Positions 11,099-23,859 of a stretch of DNA of 64,000 nt are shown piece after piece. The stretch comes from Octopus vulgaris (Eukaryota). Position 1 is the stretch's first letter. The number at the start of each line of letters is the position of its first letter. The stretch spans positions 41,478,001 to 41,542,000 of the forward strand of contig OX597835.1 in assembly GCA_951406725.2 (NCBI GenBank), read 5' to 3'. A model generated the notes under the pieces. It was not told the origin of the DNA. It saw only the letters and a list, made by a program, of their open reading frames with translations, and searched no databases. The translations under genes were made by a program, and so were the position numbers.

Positions 11099-11415
11099 CT
11101 ATGCAGATTTCTTCTCCAAATGAGCTGTGGCTTTGTTAAAAATGTCTCTGGTGTTATGGAATTCAACGATATCAAGAGCTTCTTTCAAGGAACACCACTT
11201 GAAATCACTGTGTTCGGAAGACAGGGTCACTTTCACATTGGGATCTTTGACTTGTGACAACCAATAAATAACACGTTTAGAAGCATCTTTCACAGGGTAA
11301 AATATTTCTATATGGAAAGTTTCATCAAGTATCATTTGGGTTTTATCAAGTCCAGCTTCTTCATAAGTTTCTCGCAATGCTGTGTCAAATTCCTTCTCAC
11401 CAGGATCGACATGAC
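11099..11415 (-). CDS. NUDT2: NUDT2 (asymmetrical Ap4A hydrolase) coding exon 2 (last)
   Basis: Acceptor ttttgttgcag|GT CAT (phase 1). Encodes GHVDPGEKEFDTALRETYEEAGL (Nudix box GX5EX7REUXEEXG), KRVIYWL and LSSEHSDFKW. Stop TAG at 11101-11099. Confidence 0.95.
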
Positions 11416-11890
11416 CTGCAACAAAAAAAAAAAAAAAATTCAACACACATGAAGAGATTGTCTTATGATTAATAATGATCTCATTAACCTTTTCATTACT
11501 ATATTTCTGTTGAAATTCACTGCCTTTGTTTCAATTAATTCTGAAAATAACGAAGGCACAGGAGTGGCTGTGTGGTAAGTAGCTTGCTTACCAATCACGT
11601 GGTTCCGGGTTCAGTCCCACTGCGTGGCACCTTGGGCAGGTGTCTTCTACTATAGCAAGAATTATGGCATCATTCACCAACTTAAACAAGGAGACCGTCC
11701 TGAAGAGTTGCAGGATATTCCAAAGTCGTCTGGAGGCTATGGTTGAAGTCAATGGCAATTTTATTGAATAAATTTACACTTTAGTATTTCAAGATATTTT
11801 GTTTGGTGAATATATTTGTTGAAATGGGACATCAGTGTTATTTTCATTTTTGCGTAATCTAGATGATAGTTTATTCACCGCACCCTGTAT

Positions 11891-13579
11891 ATCATCATCA
11901 TCATCATCATCATTTAGCGTCCGTTTTCCATGCTAGCATGGGTTGGACGGTTCAACTGGGGTCTGGGGAGCCCGAAGGCTGCACCAGGCCAGTCAGATCT
12001 GGCAGTGTTTCTACAGCTGGATGCCCTTCCTAACGCCAACCACTCTGAGAGTGTAGTGGGTGATTTTATGTGCCACCGACACAGGTGCCAGACGAGGCTG
12101 GCGAACGGCCACGCTCGGATGGTGTTTTTATGTGCCACCGACACAGGTGCCAGACGAGGCTGGCAGACGGCCACGCTCGGATGGTGTTTTTATGTGCCAC
12201 CGACACAGGTGCCAGATGAGGCTGGCGGACGGCCACGATCGGATGGTGTTTGTTACGTGCCCAAAGCACGGAGGCCAGTCTATGCGGTACTGGCTACGGC
12301 CACGTTCGGATGATTTTCTTGTGTGCCACCGGCACTGGTACCACAAAGATACAAATTCCATTGATGTTCATCTATTTTGATTTGTTTTGATTTGATTTGA
12401 TTTTCACTTGCCTCAACAGGTCTTCACAAGTGTCACAAGAAGGAGGTGGACTGACTACGTCCCAGGTAGGGGCCACGGGTTATGGCCTGACTAGTCTTGC
12501 CGGGTCTTCGGATGGTGTTTTTATGTGCCACCGACACAGGTGCCAGATGAGGCTGGCGAACGGCCACGATCGGATGGTGTTTGTTGCGTGCCCACAGCAC
12601 GGAGGCCAGTCGATGCGGTACTGGCTACGGCCACGTTCGGATGGTTTTCTTGTGTGCCACCGGCACTAATTTCCACAAAGATACAAATTCCATTGATGTT
12701 CATCTATTTTGATTTGATTTGATTTGATTTTCACTTGCCTCAACAGGTCTTCACAGGTCTTCACAAGTGTCACAAGAAGGAAGGAAGGTATGCACAGGTG
12801 GACTGACTACGTCCCAAGTAGGGGCCACGGGTTATGGCCTGACTAGTCTTGCGGGGTCTTCGGTTGGTGTTTTTATGTGCCACCGACACAGGTGCCAGAT
12901 GAGGCTGGCGGACGGCCACGATCGGATGGTGTTTGTTATGTGCCCACATCACAGAGGCCAGTCGATGCGGTGCCTCAACAGGTCTACACAAGTGTCACAC
13001 ACTTGCCTCAACAGGTCTTCACAAGTGTCATAAGTAGGAAGGTATGCACAGGTGGACTGACTACGTCGCCGGTCCTCGGATGGTGTTTTTATGTGCCACC
13101 GACACAGGTGCCAGATGAGGCTGGTGAACGGCCACGATCGGATGGTTTTCTTGTGTGCCACCGGTACTGGAACCACAAAGATACAAATTCCATTGATGTT
13201 CATCTATTTTGATTTGGTTTGATTTTCACTTGCCTCAACAGGTCTTCGCAAGTGTCACACGTGTCACACACTTGCCTCAACAGGTCTCCACAAGTGTCAC
13301 ACACTTGCCTCTGCCTCAACAGGTCTTCACAAAGTGTCACACACTTGCCTCTGCCTCAACAGGTCTTCACAAGTGTCACACACTTGCCTCAACAGGTCTT
13401 CACAAGTGTCATAAGAGGGAAGGTATGCACAGGTGGACTGACTACGTCGCCGGGTCTTCGGATGGTGTTTTTATGTGCCACCGACACAGGTGCCAGATGA
13501 GGTTGGCGAACGGCCACGATCAGATGGTGTTTGTTGTGCCCACCGGATGGTTTTCTTGTGTGCCACCGGTACTGGTACC

Positions 13580-13580
<1 letters not shown>
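11891..13580 (-). repeat. RTE-type 3' tail element with (ATG)n end and hierarchical tandem expansions
   Basis: (CAT)n followed by TTTAGCGTCCGTTTTCCATGCTAGC, as at 32812, 34726, 42415, 45194, 46080-46470 and 50343-50543. 62-bp units at 12064/12126/12188, ~330-bp higher-order repeats and ~30-35-bp units at 13226-13410. Confidence 0.75.
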
Positions 13581-13610
<30 letters not shown>

Positions 13611-13707
13611 CACATATATATATACACACATACACATATATATATATATACACATATATACACACACATATATATATATATATACACATATATATATATA
13701 CATATAT

Positions 13708-13759
<52 letters not shown>

Positions 13760-15194
13760 ACACACACACAAGCTTTTTTCAGTTTCCATCAATCAATTCC
13801 ACTCACAAGGTTTTGGTTGGCCCATGGCTATAACAGAAAACATTTGCCCAAGGTGCCAGTCAGTGGGACTGAACTCAGACCCCTGTGGTTAGGAAGCAAA
13901 ACTTCTTACCACACTGCCACGGCTGCATCTCTAAGTCTGCTGAGTCACAGCTGAGCTGGCGGCAACACTAATAAAAAGCCCTACTTTATACACGTGCTCA
14001 TCTTCAGCTGAGTCACAAACCAAGATTAAATGATCCGTTTTCCGTGGAATCCTCGCTGCACCAAAACCATGTGACATCAGCAATATTTGTCATTGTTTTT
14101 TCAGTGGTGGAAACACAAACACTTAAACACATCCTCTCTTTAGTATCAATGAGATTGACATATATACTGTGACCGTGGCTTCACAAAACAGTTCCTCTCT
14201 GCCTCAAATGATATCCTGCTTTTATAAAATAAATAAACAGCATAAAATGGAAAAAATATAAAACAGACAAAAAAACCTCAATGATAAATAAATGTGTCAG
14301 TAAATAAATATCTTTTATTTAGAAAGAGATATGAAATACCGGTGATGATATTTCACAATATTCTAATGAAACAAAATCTGTTTCCAGTTTCTTTTGACTA
14401 GTTTTTAGTTTCAGCTTTGATTCATCAAAACTCCATTCTCAGAACTCAGTTCATAGAAATGGGAGTGAAACAAGTTCCTTGTTTGTGACAGTTTGTTGTA
14501 TTAATTACACAATGAACTTACTTCATAATTATTTGGTCTCTTATGAATTCACTCAAGTTCAAAATTAGTTGTTTCTTGTAATTTCACTAACAAAAGCAGG
14601 AATGTGTATTGTGTCAACACACACAATTGTATATTATATACACACACACATTCATAAACACAGAAGGATATAAAACTTAGCTGTTTTCCTTTATTTCTCT
14701 CCTATCAATTTAAGCTTGAAGCACCCCTCCCAGAACATTGGTGGAGACTCCTCTCCCTCCCCACAGCAGTTTCAGTCTCGCCACAGGTTTCACTAGATTC
14801 TTTATATATGTGTGTGTGTGTGTAGTAAGAAGTTTGGTTCCTAACCACATGGTTTCAGGTTCAGTCCCACTGTGTGACTCTTCGGCCAAGTGTCTTCAAG
14901 CCCAGATTTTCATTCCAGCCAGGCTGACCAAAGCCAAGTGAGTGGATTTTGTAGATGGAAACTGAAAGAAGCCTGCTGTATATGTATGTTTGTGTGTGTG
15001 GGCGGTGTATGACACTGTCTCCTTGCTTTCACATTACATGAGAGCTCATCAAACCATTTCTCTGTCATTTGACTTTCGACATTCCTTACCGTTTTCTCTT
15101 GTACTCTATATTCTCTATTTTGTAGAATGATACATTAAGGAGCTTTTATTTAGGAGTTCCACCAGATTACTTGAACCTATATATTGATATTTAA

Positions 15195-15246
<52 letters not shown>

Positions 15247-15523
15247 TGTAGGCGCGGGCATGGCTGTGTGGTTAGGGAGCTTGCTTCCTAGCTATATGGT
15301 TTCGGGTTCAGTCCCACTGCGTGGCACTTTGGGTAGGTGTCTTTCACTATAGCCCCGAGCTGACCGGAGCTTTGTGATTGAATTCGGTAGGTGGAAGTTA
15401 CTGCCGTGTGTGTATATGTGCGTGTAGGTGCTTGTGCCTCTCCCAAAGAGAGAGAGGGATATATATATATATACCTAGTCAAAGATAAACCACTGTATTT
15501 GGAATCCATATATTGTGACTTAA

Positions 15524-15573
<50 letters not shown>

Positions 15574-15656
15574 TTTTTTTAGAAAAACATAAAAATGGAG
15601 AAGCACACTTTAAGAAGTAGAACAGTCTATATTTATTACTGGTGAAGGCTTGTGTA

Positions 15657-15726
15657 TAGGGTTACCCTAGGTTTCTCACCATAGGGTTACCCTACGCTTC
15701 TCTTTATGGTATATCATCAGACCCTA
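15657..15726 (-). ncRNA. Type-I hammerhead ribozyme motif within a Penelope-like terminal repeat
   Basis: Minus strand reads TAGGGT-CTGATGA-TATACCATA...TATGGTGA-GAAA-CC[TAG]GG-TA-ACCCTA, giving a 6-bp stem I and a GUA site. Confidence 0.6.
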
Positions 15727-16024
15727 AGACTTGTTGGCCTATGGCCTCTTTAAGGTATGCAGGGGGAAACTGACCGAATATAAACAGTTAAGGTTATCTC
15801 CCACTTTTGGTGGTCATTGGCTTCTGGCTATGTTGTCATATTTCAGCTATGTTATGAAATATGTTGGCTATGTTGAAATATGTACACTATGTTGGCTGTG
15901 AGGGTAGGAGGTAGGAGATTATCTCCTACCCTCTTATCAGCAATCAATTTCCAGTCATGGTGTAAATATTATTGCTAATACCACAATTATTGCTATTATA
16001 GATATAGATCATTATATATACATA

Positions 16025-16096
<72 letters not shown>

Positions 16097-16478
16097 TCTA
16101 TATATATACTAAAGTACCCTATCAAAAACCTTCTCGAGATCAAAAATTGCCAAGGATATCTTTATCATTTACTTGTTTCAGTCACTGGACTGTGACCATG
16201 CTGGGGCAACATCTTGAAGGGTTTTAATCAAACAAATCATCGTCATCATCATCTATGCTAAACTGCTAAGTTACAGATGTAAACAAACATATACCAGTTG
16301 TCAAGCAGTGGTTGGGAAGAGGAAAAAAACAAACTTGAAGACACACACATGATGGGCTTCTTCACAGTTTCCATCAACCAATTTCACTTACAAGGCCCAG
16401 GGCTATAGGAGACAACAACAAAAACCATGTAGTTGCAAAGCGAACTACTTGACCACACAGCCATATCTGTGGTATACT

Positions 16479-16904
16479 CTTTGTCAAAACCTCTTTTAGT
16501 TGTCCCTACATCATAGGGGCACCCCATCCCAGCACAAACCTGACGTGTGTTTCATCTGAGACAATTCTCTTCCAAATCAGTTGTGCTTTGTTAAAACCTC
16601 TTTTAGTTGTCCCTACATCATAGGGACCCCTATCCCAGCACAAACCTGACGTGTGTTTCATCTGAGACAATTCTCTTCCAAATCAGTTGTGCTTTGTTAA
16701 AACCTCTTTTAGTTGTCCCTACATCATAGGGACCCCTATCCCAGCACAAACCTGACGTGTGTTTCATCTGAGACAATTCTCTTCCAAATCAGTTGTGCTT
16801 TGTTAAAACCTCTTTTAGTTGTCCCTACATCATAGGGACCCCTATCCCAGCACAAACCTGACGTGTGTTTCATCTGAGACAATTCTCTTCCTAATCAGCT
16901 GTGC
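16479..16904. repeat. 106-bp tandem repeat, 4 copies
   Basis: AAAACCTCTTTTAG recurs at 16486, 16593, 16699 and 16805; copies 2 and 3 are identical. Confidence 0.95.
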
Positions 16905-18000
16905 GTTGACTTCTTGTCATATTCATCCCTTGGTTCTTCACTTTGCCCCGTGTAACAATGCTTCTTTTTACATCTCTTTTGCCACTGTAGCAGCTGATGA
17001 TGATTAAATAAGATGATGCATCTCTGTACCATCTGTGGTGTATGCAAGAGATTCGAAATGAAGGCACCTACCTTCTCTTCGCTCTGATGGAGACCCTTCA
17101 GTGGTAACGGATCCTTCAACACAGCCCGACCTGAATGCTAGAAATAGCAGCTGCTTCTCCCAACCTTAACAACGTGCTGACGCCGTCTTACCCGCTCGGC
17201 GACCTGCCTTGAAAAGGCAGAATCCTGCCCTCCCTGTGCGCGTGTCACTGCTGCCCCTTCCGGTCAGCTCCCCAGCTGCTGACATCACCCACACCATCTG
17301 ATTAACTTAATGAATGATCATATTTCTTTAGAAATAAACTGGCCTTGTTTCAATTAATTCTGAAGATAACGAAATATTTGATAAAATAACTGTCATTATA
17401 AAACTGGTGTTTTCAGCTAATTTAACACGAACATTTTCACGGAAGCTATCAATTTAGATCAGTTTAACCTTTTTGTTACCAGATTTCTACTGAAATTCAC
17501 TGGCTTTGTTTAAATTAATTCTGAAAATAATGAAATATTTGATAAAGTAAATGGCATTAATTAAGCAGGTGTTTTCAGCATAATTTAACACAAAATTTCA
17601 ATGAAAAGTTTTAATTTAGATAATTTTAAAGCCGGAAAGTTGTCTCATAAAATAAGGAGCGGCTTTGATTGAAGTCAGTATGAAAAGGGTTAACTCAGTG
17701 TATAACCGTTGCTTGCTCTACTTCATATCAGATATTTTCATAATCTCAGCAACTTTCCCTGATGAAGCGAGCCTTCATAACATTTAATCTCGCTTTTGAT
17801 TGTTTCACTGGTGACTTTGAGAGCACACCTTTCTCTTGAATGCATTCTCTGAATTCAGCGAAAGCACTTGTAGCCTTGCCAAGTCTTTTGTCAGTGTAGG
17901 TGAGGCAAAGTGCACAGCAGTCGTCCGAATGATCCAGCCCATGTGGCATTTTCATTCATTTACTTACATACACTCACACGTGTGTGTGTGTGTGTGTGTG

Positions 18001-18320
18001 TGGTGAGAGTGTTGAGCTTACAATCGTGAGGTTGTGAGTTCGATTCCCAGACCGGGCTGTGTGTTGTGTTCTTGAGCAAGACACTTTATTTCACGTTGCT
18101 CCAGTTCACTCAGCTGTATAAATGAGTTGCAACGTCACAGGTGCCAAGCTGTATCGGCCCCTTTGCCCTTCCCTTGGATAACACTGGTGGCGTGGAAAGG
18201 GGAGGCCGGTATGCAGAGGCAACTGCTGGTCTTCCATAAACAACCTTGCCCGGACTTGTGCCTGGGAGGGTAGCTTTCTAGGTGCAATCCCACGGTCAGT
18301 CATGACTGAAGAGAGTCTCA
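18001..18320 (+). mobile_element. tRNA-derived SINE, family C (...tggttagagcgtcgagcttacgatcgtgaggttgtgagttcgattccc...)
   Basis: B-box GAGTTCGATTCCC. Copies at 35520-35845, 36420-36735 and 59773-60110; related head at 35917. Confidence 0.75.
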
Positions 18321-19022
18321 GAATATATATATATATATATATATTCACATGACCGGCCAGACCATCAGATGTTGTTACACATCGCTGGTCACAATGCGCT
18401 TCGCATTGTTTTAGCCTTTGAATGACGCCACCCCGCTGGCTAAGCGAGCAGGTCAACAGAAGAAAGAGTGGGAGAAAGAGTAGTGAAAGAGTACAGCAGG
18501 GATCACCCACCCCTGCCGGAGCCTCGTGGAGCTTTTAGGTGTTTTCGCTCAGTATTCACTCACAACACCCGGTCTGGGAATCGAAACCGCGATCCTGCGA
18601 CTGCGGGTCCGCTGCCCTAACAACTAGGCCATTGCGCCTCCACATATATATATATACATATATATATATAGTCCACATCTGAGATCCAGAGATCCTCAGT
18701 ATAGAAGACACTTAGTAGTGATCAAGTATACACACTTTGTATTTCATACCTGAACTATCATATCTAATATAATTAGATTACCTTGTTTCTCTCTCTCTCT
18801 CTCTCTCTCTAATATATATATAGGTTATGAAAGGTAATGGTGTCAAGAAGACCCAAAGGTGTCAGGTAATGCTGAGTAAGTGCCTTGGACAGACCATAGT
18901 TAAGTTCCAGGTTTGGTGATTATGCAAATGAAGAGTCCAGCATAGGTCATATATCAGCATGTGTATATATATAAAAAAATTTACTTTTCATTTGCACATA
19001 CATACATATATATATATATATA

Positions 19023-19179
19023 CTTTATTTAAAGCAGCAGAAAATTCAACAAAACCTGTTACTCTGAGTTTCCCGTTGCCGTTCAGTATTATGAAAATCT
19101 AGCAAAAACTGTCCGATGAACGGCAACGGGAAACTCAGAGTAACAGGTTTTGTTGAATTTTCTGCTGCTTTAAATAAAG
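19023..19179. repeat. Perfect 63-bp inverted repeat (Penelope-like terminus) containing a mutated hammerhead-like motif
   Basis: Arms 19023-19085 and 19117-19179 are exact reverse complements. The same element end recurs at 21755-21880. Confidence 0.85.
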
Positions 19180-19247
19180 CATATTACTCTACCACTGGTA
19201 ATTGAGTACTCTTTTTTCCACCTTGTTTCACATTTATGTGTTTACTC

Positions 19248-19288
<41 letters not shown>

Positions 19289-19289
19289 T

Positions 19290-19324
<35 letters not shown>

Positions 19325-19501
19325 TAGATATGTTGGTGAAAACAGGAAAAATAGAACTCAGAAAATGAGTATATGTATATTTTTTAATTCATGTTTTGCA
19401 GAAGTAATGGAGTGACTCAAAGTCTGAGAGTCCTGTGCTAATGCACAAAACTCTCAGACCTTGAGTCATTCCATGACTTCTGCAAAACACGAATAAAATA
19501 A

Positions 19502-19536
<35 letters not shown>

Positions 19537-19780
19537 ATATATATATATATCCATACACACACACACAAGAGGTGGTACTGAAAAGTTCCTGGTTTTAAGG
19601 GTATCATGAAAAGCCTGGTTGGAGAGCCAACCTTCAGGGTTATTTTACAGGGCTTAGAAAAACTGAAGGACCGCTGCAATAAGTGTGGGAACATGAGTAG
19701 GTAATATGTTCAATAAAATCATAATTAGCTGATCATTCTGTATTTTCTTTTACTCAAAGCCAGGAACTTTTCAACACCCA

Positions 19781-19866
<86 letters not shown>

Positions 19867-20207
19867 ATGTGTGTGTGTGTGTGTATCATCATCAAGATTG
19901 CTTGAGTGTACAGGATATAAACAGGTCACACATCTCCATCATCCATTCTCTCACTCTACAATGCTGCAGTTCTAAGAATGGCAGTAAATCTCTTCCTTAC
20001 CCACAATTCCTTGCTTCTAGTGTAAACAAACAACAGGGATATCACTTCACGGTTCCACCCTCTTATCCGACTCTCACTCGGTTCCTTTCCTATTCTCTGA
20101 ATCTTGCTGTTGCAGCAAAGGTTAGCACTGGAACAACTCATATTTAAACTTCCTCACCACCATTTCTAACATTCTTGCTCCTCTCTAGGACTATATAAGG
20201 GATAGCA

Positions 20208-20258
<51 letters not shown>

Positions 20259-20528
20259 CATATACATATATATATATACATACATATATATATATATATA
20301 TTAATATATATATATATATATATTTAAATTATCGGTAAATGTTTTTGATTTTCACTCTCGATAAATTCATCCCCTTTTTGTGTTCCCAGCACTTGGCATC
20401 TTTATTTAGGAGCCTTTAATTGTATAACCACATGATTAATATTTTTCTATATGAATAATATTTTCGTCTTATGACTAATTCGTCTTTTGTGCTGGGCACC
20501 TGGTAGTAAATAATATTACTACCCTTCT

Positions 20529-20603
<75 letters not shown>

Positions 20604-20909
20604 CATATATATACATATTAGAAGAAATGAGGTAATCAGAAGATCGGATGGTTTATATTTACAGATATTTATTTATATATATATATTACATTTTTTACAT
20701 ATATATCATATCACATAGATCATTAGTGCTTTCTCCCATTCTAGTGGGGTTTTCAAATCAAAATAAGTTCCTTTGTGGGGAATTCTAATCATTTTATAGA
20801 GTTTCGTAGTGGTGGGGAGGAATATAAGACAGTACATACATATATATGTTGTCTTGCAAACAACTTGCACATGCAAGTGCTACCAGTTAAAAGCTCAGTA
20901 TATCGCACC

Positions 20910-20953
20910 ATATATATATATATATATACATATATATATACATACATATATAT

Positions 20954-21001
<48 letters not shown>

Positions 21002-21010
21002 TATACATAC

Positions 21011-21071
<61 letters not shown>

Positions 21072-21120
21072 CATATATATATGTATATATATATATACAT
21101 ATATATATGTATATATATAC

Positions 21121-21151
<31 letters not shown>

Positions 21152-21161
21152 TGTATGTATA

Positions 21162-21206
<45 letters not shown>

Positions 21207-21305
21207 ATATATGTATATATAACGGGAAGCTTTATGAAAATAAACAAAAGACGAAGGCAGGTGGAAAACAAACGAACAATTGTATTAGTATGGCGCTCAT
21301 GTATA

Positions 21306-21358
<53 letters not shown>

Positions 21359-21387
21359 ATATATGTATATATATATATATATGTATG

Positions 21388-21436
<49 letters not shown>

Positions 21437-21473
21437 GTATGTATATATATGTATATATATATATATATGTATG

Positions 21474-21526
<53 letters not shown>
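20910..21526. repeat. Large compound (TA)n/(TATG)n microsatellite
   Basis: Direct inspection. Other TA arrays lie at e.g. 13580-13760, 20210-20325, 20533-20600 and 39577-39741; (TG)n at 19785-19885. Confidence 0.95.
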
Positions 21527-21528
<2 letters not shown>

Positions 21529-22101
21529 GGGCATGGCTGTGTGGTTAGGGAGCTTGCTTCGTATCTACACGGTTTTGGGTTCAGTCCCACTGCGTGGCAC
21601 TTTGGGTAGGTGCCTTCCACTATAGCCCCGAGCTGACCGGAGCTTTGTGATTGAATTCGGTAGGCGGAAGTTACTGCCGTGTGTGTATGTGTGCGTATAG
21701 CTGCTCAGTGCCTCCCCGAAAGAGAGAGAGGGATATATATATATACCAGAGTAAACACATAAATGTGAAACAAGGTGGAAAAAAAAGAGTACTCAAATAC
21801 CAGTGGTAGAGTAATATGCTTTATTTAAAGCAGCAGAAAATTCAACAAAACCTGTTACTCTGCTGCTATAAATAAAGTATGTATATATATATATATGTGT
21901 CTATTAAATTTATATCTATATTTAATAGTGTTCACTTCCGGACTCTTTCACTCTGTGAGAGCCTCAGTTCAAATCGCACATGTCTTGAATGGGCTGGAGT
22001 ATTTCTGTTTTGGATGTATTTGGGGTACTTAATTGTGCTCATGACTTAGTGTTTGGCTTCTTCCATGGGTGAGTAATATCTCATTTATTTCTTTGCCACA
22101 T

Positions 22102-22161
22102 TTATCACTGACGAAGGGTGGGTTCTTATGAACTAACCCTGAAATCGGCCCGATATGGTAA
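22102..22161 (+). ncRNA. Type-I hammerhead ribozyme with intact core
   Basis: TTATCA-CTGACGA-AGGGT-GGGTTC[TTAT]GAACTA-ACCCT-GAAA-TCG[GCC]CGA-TA-TGGTAA. All three stems pair; predicted AUA cleavage after 22155. Confidence 0.75.
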
Positions 22162-23859
22162 TAATGGAATTTTTTAGAAATTTCCGTCGACCTTTTTTCG
22201 AGTAGCGTGCATATTGTAAAAAATTATATGGTTATGGACAATGTGTCTAGCTTCGGCATATTTGGCATTAAAAATTTTTTCGTTTGCCCTTATTTATAAG
22301 TTATATATATATGTATATATGATGGTACATATATATGTATGTATATAGATACATACATCAATGTATATTTACACAGATTCCACAAAAGCAAATAGACACA
22401 ATCATTTTTGAAAATGGATCTGTAGTATGACACATGGTTCCAGGTTCAGTCTCACTGCACGGCACTTAGGCCGAGTGTCTTCTTCTATAGCATAGATGGA
22501 AGCTGAAAGAAGCCAGTCATATGTGTGTGTGTGTGTATGTGTGTAATTATGCGTGTGTCTCTGTGTCTGTATTTGTCCCCACTTCATCACTTGACAATCG
22601 ATGTTGGTGTGTTTGCCTCTCTGTAACTTAGCAGTTTGGCAAAAGAGACTAATAGAATAAGTACCAGGCACACAAAGAATAAGCTCTGGGCTCAATTTCT
22701 TCAGTTAAAAGGCAGTTGAATGACTGAAAGAAGTAAAAGAATATGTCTATCACCATCATTTTATATCCATTTTGCAAAGAGCACGAGTTAGAGGGGCCAT
22801 CACAAGCCAAGGTATTTCTTATTGAAAGCCAACCCATGTCATTTGGCTTGGACTCTATGGCTGAATTCCTTCCTGTCACCAACTTTTCTGAGTGTACTGG
22901 GTGCATTAATTGTGGCACATGGACAAGAGGTGCTGCCTTGTTCACCCATCACTTTAGAGGGTGTGCAAAGGGTGATGGCTCCAGCTAAAGGAGATGGGGT
23001 GCTTTGAACATGGGGGTGTGGAAGGCTCTTCTCTGTGATGCCAGCACAAGGGCAGGGGTGCTTTCTACATGGTACATGTAGAGAGTATTCAGTTACTTAA
23101 GATGAGTATTTTAACTCAGGTGACCCAAGAAGGGAAGAAAAGGATAAAGAGATGAGAGTAGAAAGGCCAGAAATGGGGGGCGGGGCGGTGATAAGAGCAA
23201 GAGAGTAAGTGTAGAGTATACTTCATGATCTAGGTTGTGTGCTTTTGCTCAGATGACCAAGGAGGGGAATAGAAGAGTGATAATGACAGTAGAAAGGCCA
23301 GAATGGGTGGATGAAAGTAAGAGTAAGGTTGGAAAAGAAGAGATATTGGGGTGGAAACAGGAGGGAAGTGATAAGTGAACAAAGGTAAGTGTAGGTGATG
23401 GGTAAGAACAGAAGTACCACAGAGGGGAGAGTGAGTGATGACTGGCAGAACAGAAAATTTGCCGTTAGAGTGTACTGGGCACAGACAGTTGAATGCAGTC
23501 TGCTATACACAGACTTAGTAAAGGAGTCAGAGTGATGAGGATTATACTGTCAACAGTATAATCCTCATAGTGGTGGGAGATGAGAGATGGGTGAACAAGA
23601 AGGATGGGAAGAATGAGAAATAGGAAGACAAGAGACTGGATGCAGCAAATATAAGCTGGGCAGGATACAAAATATCCCAACTTCTACTCACCACCCTTGT
23701 TTCATACCCATACGTATATATACATATATGTATACATATTTTGTGTGTAAGCATCATCATCATCATCATTTTATACCTACATTTCAATTGTGGCACTGGA
23801 TAGACAATTTCTGTTCTAGCACCTTTGATTGTTATGGTGTGAGCAAGTGTGTGGGTGTG

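Noticed and set aside
11914-13954. Many overlapping ORFs (MCHRHRCQ..., YIYIYI...)
   Set aside because: They are translations of tandem retroposon-tail units and TA microsatellites, with no splice or domain support.
20775-21625. Longest ORF in the track (257 aa, YI repeats)
   Set aside because: It is a (TA)n microsatellite that lacks stop codons.
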